From Nitrospinota bacterium (lineage in GTDB: Bacteria; UBA8248), in NCBI GenBank assembly GCA_036231405.1, contig JAZAHK010000016.1:1-27848 (forward strand): a stretch of DNA of 27,848 nucleotides, read 5' to 3'. The notes under the pieces were generated by a model, which had not been told where the DNA came from, did no database searches, and was given only the letters and a program-made list of their open reading frames with translations. The translations under genes and the position numbers were made by a program. Within the stretch, counting starts at the first letter, position 1, and each line of letters begins with the position of its first letter. Shown piece by piece: positions 9,989 through 17,882 of the stretch.

Positions 9989-12028
9989 TTATTTTTTAGC
10001 AGGCAAATTGCTCTGAACAGGAAGGATAGGTTTGATTTTTACAGATTCTGTTAAATAGTTTCGTAAATTTTTTATTTTTTTTAAATTTATAAATTGAGTA
10101 TTAATATCACTTAAATTTTGTTTGTTTTTAGACTTCAAATCTAATTTTACCAACCATAAAAATCGTTTATTATGATGATTTGCAATTGCGAAAATATGTG
10201 TTGCTTGACCTGTAAGGTTTTTAAATTTGAAATTTCCGTCTATATCACTATTTTTTGAATGAAGTTTCGCTGTTTTTATTTCTTCAGTTAATGTATTTAT
10301 CCAAAGGCTTTGAATTTCAAGAAATGACACATTTTTTAAAGCATGTTTTTTAATTTCAGAAAAAATTGAACCCTTTTTATCTTTGAGATTGGCAATTTCT
10401 AATTCTAATTTCTTCTTTTTAGATATGGATGTATCTATACGTCTTCGAGCTATTACCTTAAGTTCTTTAAAAAGCATATTCTTTTTCTTTAATCTTTTGA
10501 CGTTTGCTTTCATTTCTTGCAATTTAAATTTCAAAGAAATAATTGATACTTCAAATTTTGCAATCTTCTCCTTTAAGTTTTTAAACTTTTCTTTTTGCTT
10601 TTTTGTCAATTTAAATTTCATCACATTTTCTTCTGCTTTCAAAATTTCTTTTTTCTTTACTTTTGACAAAGGAGAAAAATAAGAAACCAATTTTTTCTTT
10701 TGTAATACATAACTTTTCTTTGTCTGCATGATTTCTTTTGTTAGATTAATTTGTCTTGCAAGAACTTCTTTTACTAACGAAATAGTGTTTTTGACAGTAC
10801 TAGAATTATTGATTTCCTTCTTAAAAACTTCTGTAAGTTTCTGCTTCTTGTACTTCCATCGCTTCAAAGTTTGTCTATAACTGCTATATTTTCTATGTCC
10901 ATACGGGTCATAAGAATGATAAGTTGATGGATCGCTCAAAAAAACTTTACTTATTACTACTTTAAATTTAGTAGGATCATACCCACCCATTTTTTCAAAA
11001 AATCGCATCGCATCTCCTTGGAGTTGTCTTCTCCTGCGCAAGTAGAAACTCTTCTGCCTCAATCTTCTTTCTTTTGGAGCAATGCCATACACGATCTCTC
11101 TATATTTGTTTTTCTTTTCTGGAAACCAGGTTCTATCTAGGCCATAAGCACCAAAATAGGAAATTTCAAATCCCCGACTTTTTAATGATATATTCTTATA
11201 ATGCAAATCAAAATCAATTGCCCTTATTGCTTTATCTCCTTTGTTTTCAACAAAAAAAGTAAGCTCTTGAGAACATGACCTACATCTTTTTTTTAGATTA
11301 TTCACAATCACTATCTTATTCTGAGCGTAATCCTTTAATAGTTTCGAGGTAATTTCACTGCTTTCAGAGGAAAAACGGCGTTTCAATGCAGAAGTATCTT
11401 TTCTAGTCTCATTAATTTTATAACGCAGTTCTCTCATCTTTTTTTTAAAGGATGCATTAATTTTATTCTTTTTCATTTCATAATTTCTTATTAACTTTTC
11501 TGATTCTTTTCTTTTCTCCACTAAAGTTGAAGATAATTTTCTCTTTTTTATCATTATTAACGTATTAATAACTTTTAATTCTTTCTTTGTTTCTAGTATT
11601 TTTTTCTTGAAACGCACGTTTTTGTTTTGAGTACTGAGTTCAGTTTTATTTGTTAATTTTTCACTATCGGATAGGTCTTGTGCATTTTCTTTAAAGAGTT
11701 TTCTAGCATTCTCAAGTGAAAGTTTATTTTTTTGTATTTGAGAGACCCTATCTCTTAATATCACTTCATTTTTTTTGACTTCTTCCTGGAGAAGCTTTGT
11801 TTGATATTCGGCTATCGCAGCTTTAATCTGGCTATCGTACTCATCTAAGTTTTTAGGGATGATCTTCTCAATACTGTTGTTGAGAAGATAAATTTTCGTG
11901 CCCGATAGTCTCTCGATTCTCTCGCCTTCTTTAAGGTATATCGTCCCTTCTAGAGTAAATAATTTTTCGCAAGAAGATAAAAATATTAATGAAACGAAAA
12001 GTAAAGAAAGGTAGAATTTTCTAATCAA
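9989..12028 (-). CDS. Large Lys-rich coiled-coil lipoprotein of unknown function
   Basis: TTG start with AAGGAA RBS; signal peptide with lipobox LSSC (Cys20); long K/E-rich helical segments flanking an aromatic-rich central domain. Confidence 0.75.
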   Translation of the reverse strand: MIRKFYLSLLFVSLIFLSSCEKLFTLEGTIYLKEGERIERLSGTKIYLLNNSIEKIIPKNLDEYDSQIKAAIAEYQTKLLQEEVKKNEVILRDRVSQIQKNKLSLENARKLFKENAQDLSDSEKLTNKTELSTQNKNVRFKKKILETKKELKVINTLIMIKKRKLSSTLVEKRKESEKLIRNYEMKKNKINASFKKKMRELRYKINETRKDTSALKRRFSSESSEITSKLLKDYAQNKIVIVNNLKKRCRSCSQELTFFVENKGDKAIRAIDFDLHYKNISLKSRGFEISYFGAYGLDRTWFPEKKNKYREIVYGIAPKERRLRQKSFYLRRRRQLQGDAMRFFEKMGGYDPTKFKVVISKVFLSDPSTYHSYDPYGHRKYSSYRQTLKRWKYKKQKLTEVFKKEINNSSTVKNTISLVKEVLARQINLTKEIMQTKKSYVLQKKKLVSYFSPLSKVKKKEILKAEENVMKFKLTKKQKEKFKNLKEKIAKFEVSIISLKFKLQEMKANVKRLKKKNMLFKELKVIARRRIDTSISKKKKLELEIANLKDKKGSIFSEIKKHALKNVSFLEIQSLWINTLTEEIKTAKLHSKNSDIDGNFKFKNLTGQATHIFAIANHHNKRFLWLVKLDLKSKNKQNLSDINTQFINLKKIKNLRNYLTESVKIKPILPVQSNLPAKK

Positions 12029-12050
12029 AACATATTCCTTAAATGAATCT

Positions 12051-13100
12051 TTACAAAGCAGGGTCTATAACGACCTTTATGACGTTATCAGTTTTATTCT
12101 CCATCATCTCAAGTGCTTCTTGAACTTCATTTAAAGGAATATGATGCGTAAGAATAGGTTCGAGCGAAACTTGCCCGCTTTGAACTAACTGTAGACAGGG
12201 CTCGAATGCATGGGGATGACCTCGAGACCCCTTAAGAATCATTTCTTGATCTTTAAATTCAACAATTCGAATTGTTTTCTGGTTGTCTGAAAAAGTTCCA
12301 ACTACTGTAATTTCACCACTTTTTCTTAAAAGTTGGGTAGCTAATTGCAAGGTCTTGTCCTGTTTCCCACCCGCAGCTTCAATAATTTTATCAAGACCTA
12401 GACCATCAGTATGTTCTTTCGACACCTCTACTGGATCTGCATGATTCAGATTCACCACAATATCCGCACCTAATTTTTTTGCAGCAGTGAGGCGATAATC
12501 AACTACATCAAAATGAATGACAAAAGCTCCTAGGGATTTTGCTACACTAAGGGCACATAAACCGATAGGGCCTGCTCCAATAATTCCAATTTTCTCTGAA
12601 CTAACTACATTAGCAATGTCTTTCACGGCATGATAGGACACTCCCATAGTCTGCATAATGGAACCTATCGGATACGAAACACTATCTGGAAGTGGAACAA
12701 TGCAATCAGCCGGGGCAATTAAAAATTCAGAATATCCACCATCCTTTGTAAAACCAATAGAATCAGCTTTGATGCAAAGATTGGGTTTGTCACTAATACA
12801 ATAAATACATTTTTCACAAGGAATATGATTCTCAATACAACAACGTAAATCCATTAAATGAGGATCAATATTTTTCCCAATGTCAACAATTTGTCCTGAA
12901 ATTTCATGTCCTAAGACTCTAGGTGGATGCACTCTTGAATGATGTCCATTAAATGCATGTAAATCAGACCCACAAAGAGCACAAGCTTTCACTAAAACCA
13001 GAACTTCGTTATTTTTTAATTTTTCAAAATTTCTTTCAACAAGTGATACTGTTCTAGGTTTTTCTAGAACCATAGACTTGAAAGTTCCTAGATGTTCCAT
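12051..13100 (-). CDS. Zn-dependent medium-chain dehydrogenase (threonine/sorbitol dehydrogenase-like)
   Basis: CGSDLH, GHE, structural Zn site CEKCIYC......NLC, Rossmann GAGPIG. Confidence 0.93.
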   Translation of the reverse strand: MEHLGTFKSMVLEKPRTVSLVERNFEKLKNNEVLVLVKACALCGSDLHAFNGHHSRVHPPRVLGHEISGQIVDIGKNIDPHLMDLRCCIENHIPCEKCIYCISDKPNLCIKADSIGFTKDGGYSEFLIAPADCIVPLPDSVSYPIGSIMQTMGVSYHAVKDIANVVSSEKIGIIGAGPIGLCALSVAKSLGAFVIHFDVVDYRLTAAKKLGADIVVNLNHADPVEVSKEHTDGLGLDKIIEAAGGKQDKTLQLATQLLRKSGEITVVGTFSDNQKTIRIVEFKDQEMILKGSRGHPHAFEPCLQLVQSGQVSLEPILTHHIPLNEVQEALEMMENKTDNVIKVVIDPAL

Positions 13101-13119
13101 AACAGAATCATACTTTCAT

Positions 13120-13560
13120 TTATTGATGAATTTTAAGTCTTTCTGGCTCAATAATTGCCTCTACTTCTATTTCTATCATTGCATCGGGTGGTCCCAACCT
13201 TGATATTTCTATGAGAGTACTTGCTGGACGACTGTCTTTAAAATATTTAAACCTCTCATCAGAATGTTTGTAGTATTCCATAATATCTGTCACGTAGGTT
13301 GTAGAACGAACAACATCGTTAAAATTAGCACCTGCATGTGCCAATCCTTTTTCAATATTCTCACAAGTCACTCTTATTTGTGTACGCATATCATCAACAC
13401 CCACGACATTCCCACTTGGCTCTCTGGGAACTTGTCCAGAAAGATAAATATGTGCATGATCAGATCCGTGAATAGTAACAACAGGAACATACAAAAGCTC
13501 ACCATTCTCTACCCTTGCCCACATGTCTTCTGGTTGTAAATATTTTCTTTCGATCATCAC
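13120..13560 (-). CDS. Rid (YjgF/YER057c/UK114) family protein, Arg-less subfamily
   Basis: IYLSGQV, NIEKGLAHAGANFNDVV, PASTLIEISRL, IEIEVEA. Confidence 0.88.
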   Translation of the reverse strand: MMIERKYLQPEDMWARVENGELLYVPVVTIHGSDHAHIYLSGQVPREPSGNVVGVDDMRTQIRVTCENIEKGLAHAGANFNDVVRSTTYVTDIMEYYKHSDERFKYFKDSRPASTLIEISRLGPPDAMIEIEVEAIIEPERLKIHQ

Positions 13561-13579
13561 AATCTCCTTCTGCTAGAAA

Positions 13580-14395
13580 TTAATCAGTAACCCAGATAGA
13601 TTCCCCATTTTTCTGTCCTATAACATCACTTAATGATTCTGCAATTCTTCTTTCCAGATCTAAAAATTCAACAGATAGAACGGACCTAGGCCTTGGAAGA
13701 TCTACAATTATTTCATCAGCAATTCTTCCGGGACGAGGAGACATTACTACGATTCTATCTGATAAATAAGCAGCTTCCCTTACGCTATGGGTAACAAATA
13801 AAATAGTTTTTTGAGTTTCCATCCACACATCTACTAGAAGACGTTGAAGGGAGGATCTAGTTTGTGCATCTAAAGCTCCGAATGGTTCATCCATCAGCAT
13901 TATTTCAGGATTAAATGCAAGGGCTCTTGCAATTCCGACCCTTTGCTTCATTCCACCGGACAAACGATAAGGATAAATATTTTCAAAGCCCTTCAATTCT
14001 ACCAATTCTAATAATTTATTTACTGTTTTTTTTTGTTCTTCTCGCGGAATTCCCTTCATTCTCATCCCGAAACGTATATTTGCAGAAACCGTAAGCCATG
14101 GGAAAACTGCAAAATCTTGAAACACTACACCTCTATTAAATCCAGGCTCTGTTATCTCTTGACCATCAATTGTTATCGAGCCAGTTGTCTGTTTATATAA
14201 ACCTGCAGCGATCATGAGCAACGTACTTTTTCCGCAACCACTTGGACCTAATAAAGATACAAATTCGCTCGATTTTATATCAAGACTCACATCATCGAGC
14301 GCAGTAATATGTCTTCTTCTAGATATGCTTTCGGTTACTTTGTATACCATTTCTAGGTTTTTAATACTTAACTTTACTTCATTGGAATTAACCAT
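13580..14395 (-). CDS. ABC transporter ATP-binding subunit (TauB/SsuB/NrtD family)
   Basis: Walker A GPSGCGKST, signature LSGGMKQR, MDEPFGALD, FVTHSVREA. Confidence 0.96.
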   Translation of the reverse strand: MVNSNEVKLSIKNLEMVYKVTESISRRRHITALDDVSLDIKSSEFVSLLGPSGCGKSTLLMIAAGLYKQTTGSITIDGQEITEPGFNRGVVFQDFAVFPWLTVSANIRFGMRMKGIPREEQKKTVNKLLELVELKGFENIYPYRLSGGMKQRVGIARALAFNPEIMLMDEPFGALDAQTRSSLQRLLVDVWMETQKTILFVTHSVREAAYLSDRIVVMSPRPGRIADEIIVDLPRPRSVLSVEFLDLERRIAESLSDVIGQKNGESIWVTD

Positions 14396-14410
14396 ACATT
14401 ATCCTCATAA

Positions 14411-15274
14411 CTATTCTCGTAGGGTGCCCCATTTCTGTACTGTAGATAACTCAATGCTTCTTAAAAAAAGTCTTTCTACAATAACACCCAGTATTCCAAT
14501 AACTATAATTCCACCGTACATCATATCTGCAGCAAGGAAATCTCTCGCAGCAAAGATACGGAACCCTAAACCAGCTTCAAGAGCGACAATCATTTCTCCC
14601 GTTACTACAATTCTCCAGGCCCTACTAAAAGTGATTCTATATCCAGCAATTAGATTCGGTAGTGCTCCAGGAACAAGAACTTGAAAAAAAAGAGTGGCAC
14701 CTTTTGCACCCATCGCTTGTCCTGCGTGAATCAATGCTCTGTCTACTGTTTTTACTCCAGTCCAGGCATTAACCATGCATGTAATCATTCCCTCAAACCA
14801 TAGAACGGAAATTAACGTAAAATCACTTAATCCAAACCATAGAATTACAACTGGAAACAAGGCAAGACCTGGTACTGCAAGAAAAAAGTACATTGGAGGA
14901 GCAAGAATTCTTTCTGCTGTATAATTCATGCCCATAAGCAATCCCAAAATCGTGCCGCTTATGATAGCGAGAACAACTCCGACAAAGAGTCTGTAAAGTG
15001 AAACATATATATCAAGCCATAAAATCCCCGACAGTGCCTGTTTCACCATGGCCAACCAAATAGTCTCTAAAGGGGGAAATAGTACAGGATGTAATGTACC
15101 GGAATGTGCTGCAATTTCCCAGAGAATCAACAGACCTACAAGCGGCGCAGCAGTGATAAATACTGAATATGCAGAACTCTTGAAAACTTCATACCAAGAA
15201 AGAGTTATGTAAATTTCTGATTTATCTACTGTATTACCTTCACTGTTTTCTGTATTGTCAATTTTCTCGCTCAA
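14411..15274 (-). CDS. ABC transporter permease (TauC/SsuC family)
   Basis: Multiple TM helices; EAA-like loop LIHAGQAMGA..VLVPGALP; GEMI...GLG. Confidence 0.93.
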   Translation of the reverse strand: MSEKIDNTENSEGNTVDKSEIYITLSWYEVFKSSAYSVFITAAPLVGLLILWEIAAHSGTLHPVLFPPLETIWLAMVKQALSGILWLDIYVSLYRLFVGVVLAIISGTILGLLMGMNYTAERILAPPMYFFLAVPGLALFPVVILWFGLSDFTLISVLWFEGMITCMVNAWTGVKTVDRALIHAGQAMGAKGATLFFQVLVPGALPNLIAGYRITFSRAWRIVVTGEMIVALEAGLGFRIFAARDFLAADMMYGGIIVIGILGVIVERLFLRSIELSTVQKWGTLRE

Positions 15275-15297
15275 TTTAATCTCATACTCTATAATAT

Positions 15298-16608
15298 TTA
15301 GGATGGCATGTTTACATAAGGATCTGCTGCAATCTCTTTTGGATCCCTATCTCTGGTACAAATATCAAGAGCGGCTAATGCATATATCTTTGTTGCATTG
15401 TATAGAGTAGTAATACTTATATGCTCCCCTAAGTCCGCATTCCATCCATAGCCCGAAGTGGCGTCGATATCCTGTACCACTCCTGCAGGGCCATAAGTAA
15501 TCGTTTGTACTCCATATCGATTCATATGAGCACCATCTAGATATGAAGTCTTTATAATTACGTTTGGCTCTTCTCCCATAATTGCTTTATGAGAATCTAT
15601 CATTGCCCTTGATGGCAGTGAATCAACGGGAATTCCTGAGGGAGGATGACTGCTGTATACTTCAACTTTTGCGTTAATGTCTCCGCTACTTTCGTTCAAC
15701 TCTGATATCATATCTTTAAATTCATTTTGGACATCTTGCACCCTCTGCCCTGGAACCATACGTACATCTACGTATAATCTGCATTGAATAGGAGAACGGG
15801 CACATCTATATGGCCATCCACCATCAATTGCGGCAACATTCACATGGGGCCTTTCGTTGAGAAATACATTTCTTTCTCTGTATCCCTTGATCCACTTTCT
15901 AATTTCGGATTGAACACGTTCCATTTTTTCTATTGCGCTTTCTGTAAAATCTCCATAACAAGTATGGCCCATTGTTCCTCTAGTCGTTATCTTGAACCAA
16001 ATCGTTCCTCCATGCCATGGCGCTAACTGCATCCCTGTAGGTTCTCCAAGAATACAGAAATCTGTCATAAAGCCATGTGATATAAGATATCTTGAACCGA
16101 CACCATATCCGTCATAAAGCGAATCTTGATATTGATCTACTCTGTTCTTTTCAATTTCTCCTGCAACTGCTGCACATATTACGTCACCCTTAAGATCTAT
16201 TCCTGCATCAATAATAGCCTTAACTGCCGTCAGGTAAGAAACATCGGCACTTTTCATATTGAATGCACCATTTCCAATAATTAAATCCCCATCAAGAATT
16301 GCTTTATTTTTATAACCAGGTTGTGTGAGTTCTGATTCTTCCCCACTGTAAGAAGTATCTAAATGGCCGTTAAACATGAGTGAATATCCACCACCGCTTC
16401 CATTTAAAGAACCGACTGCGTTATATCTCCCTTCTGAAATCTTTTGTAAATTTCCTTCTAATCCAACTTCTATATACTTATCGTTCATATATCGAGCGGC
16501 TTCTTCCTCTGAACCTGTGGGACTTGGAATATCTACCAATTCCATTGTAGTTTTCACGAGAAAATCTCTGTCTACATAATCCAAAACTTTTCTTTGCAGA
16601 TCATCCAT
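15298..16608 (-). CDS. M20 family metallo-amidohydrolase (ArgE/DapE-like) with altered metal ligands
   Basis: LVDIPSPTGSE, LMFNGHLDT, GNGAFNMKS, GEIEK, ILGEPT, dimerisation domain G..GH and DVRMVPG. Confidence 0.88.
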   Translation of the reverse strand: MDDLQRKVLDYVDRDFLVKTTMELVDIPSPTGSEEEAARYMNDKYIEVGLEGNLQKISEGRYNAVGSLNGSGGGYSLMFNGHLDTSYSGEESELTQPGYKNKAILDGDLIIGNGAFNMKSADVSYLTAVKAIIDAGIDLKGDVICAAVAGEIEKNRVDQYQDSLYDGYGVGSRYLISHGFMTDFCILGEPTGMQLAPWHGGTIWFKITTRGTMGHTCYGDFTESAIEKMERVQSEIRKWIKGYRERNVFLNERPHVNVAAIDGGWPYRCARSPIQCRLYVDVRMVPGQRVQDVQNEFKDMISELNESSGDINAKVEVYSSHPPSGIPVDSLPSRAMIDSHKAIMGEEPNVIIKTSYLDGAHMNRYGVQTITYGPAGVVQDIDATSGYGWNADLGEHISITTLYNATKIYALAALDICTRDRDPKEIAADPYVNMPS

Positions 16609-16624
16609 TCTTTACTCTCCATTC

Positions 16625-16666
16625 AAAAAGCACCTCCTCTTGCCATACATGCAAGCAAGAGGAGGT
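16625..16666 (-). terminator. Intra-operon stem-loop / intrinsic terminator after the substrate-binding protein gene
   Basis: 12-bp perfect stem ACCTCCTCTTGC (16632-16643) / GCAAGAGGAGGT (16655-16666) with an 11-nt loop, followed on the minus strand by GC-TTTTT. Confidence 0.75.
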
Positions 16667-16680
16667 AAAAAAATGTGAAT

Positions 16681-17679
16681 CTATTTCATCAATGAGAAAT
16701 AAGCATTTTCTACAAGACTAATATCAATGTGTTTAGTTACATCAATACTTTTTGGAATTTTTCCTTTTTTGACACTCACTTCTACTCCTGCCTGTACTTC
16801 TGCGATATCTCTATGAGTAATCATTGCTCTGTCCCAACGCATTAACGTATAAACATCTTTCTTGATTTTAGCTTGGTTAAAATTCAAGCCAACTTTATTG
16901 TAGAATTTCACCATAATTTTTGCTGTTTCATCTCTATTTGTATTTACAAAACGCATCGCTCTAACATGCGCATTTATAAACCTTTGAGCTCCATCAGGGT
17001 TCTTTTTCTTTATATACGTCCAAGTCGTTGTCAAGAACACAGGGGATGTATATCCTAGTATTGAGTCATATTCTTTAGGGCCCATAACCATACGACCCAG
17101 TTTTTTGTCTAAAATTAAAGAACCCCAAGGTTCCCATGTCAATCCTGCATCTAAAGCACCACTTTCAAAAGCTGCTGGAATAGAATCTGTTTTTATGTTT
17201 CTAATCTTGAAACTTTTTTCAGAAAGACCAATTCTTGATAAATAGGTTAACCATGTCGCCCAAGTACCAGAACCCATCTGAGCACCCACAGTTTTGCCAA
17301 CAAGGTCTTTTAGATTTTTTGTTTTCTTGTCCCTATTGGAAACAAGCACCATATTCTGATTTCCATATCTATTTAATGCAATTCCTACTACATCCACGCC
17401 TCGAGCAGCGATTTGCCCAACCCTTGAACCTCTTGTGCTAATGATGTCTGCTGTACCGCCTATCAGAGCATCAATGAGAGCCCGGGGGCTAGTCACACGA
17501 CGTTGTACATCCAGTCCCTCTGCTTTATAAAATCCTTTCTGTTCAGCAATATAAGGGATAACAGCATGAGATGTGTTGTCATGGATTAGCCTGATTTTAC
17601 CTTTTGCTTCTATATCTGTGCTTAAAGACAGTAAGACTGCAAAACATGAAACTAAAACAAAGATTCTTCTCATAATCAC
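16681..17679 (-). CDS. ABC transporter substrate-binding protein (SsuA/TauA/NMT1-like)
   Basis: Signal peptide; YIAEQKGFYKAEGLDV, LKDLVGKTVGAQMGSGT, LDAGLTWEPW; RBS AGGAGG. Confidence 0.9.
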   Translation of the reverse strand: MIMRRIFVLVSCFAVLLSLSTDIEAKGKIRLIHDNTSHAVIPYIAEQKGFYKAEGLDVQRRVTSPRALIDALIGGTADIISTRGSRVGQIAARGVDVVGIALNRYGNQNMVLVSNRDKKTKNLKDLVGKTVGAQMGSGTWATWLTYLSRIGLSEKSFKIRNIKTDSIPAAFESGALDAGLTWEPWGSLILDKKLGRMVMGPKEYDSILGYTSPVFLTTTWTYIKKKNPDGAQRFINAHVRAMRFVNTNRDETAKIMVKFYNKVGLNFNQAKIKKDVYTLMRWDRAMITHRDIAEVQAGVEVSVKKGKIPKSIDVTKHIDISLVENAYFSLMK

Positions 17680-17882
17680 TTCCTCCTAGTGGCTAGAAAA
17701 AACAATACGTTTTCATGCAGCTATAGATGTAAAAGAAAAGTGCTTTGCAGGAGAAACACAAAATAGAAACTGCAATGTCCTTCCTACACAATTTACTACT
17801 TAACTATTCAATAAAAGTTAATGAAATTATATGTATGTTCAATTTATAGCAAAGATTTACAAGAAAATAAAGTTGTATCAAA

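Noticed and set aside
11273-11284. CxxC as a Rad50/SbcC zinc hook, making the gene a DNA-repair ATPase
   Set aside because: No Walker A/B or signature motifs, and the protein has a lipoprotein signal; a disulfide is more plausible.
13580-17679. Naming the transporter tauABC or ssuABC
   Set aside because: Only family-level similarity is evident; no tauD, tpa or ssuE context fixes the substrate.
17680-17880. Riboswitch in the 200-nt leader of the SBP gene (weak TTGCAG...CTGCAA stem)
   Set aside because: No TPP, SAM, cobalamin, glycine or other aptamer consensus is recognisable; an Rfam search would be needed.
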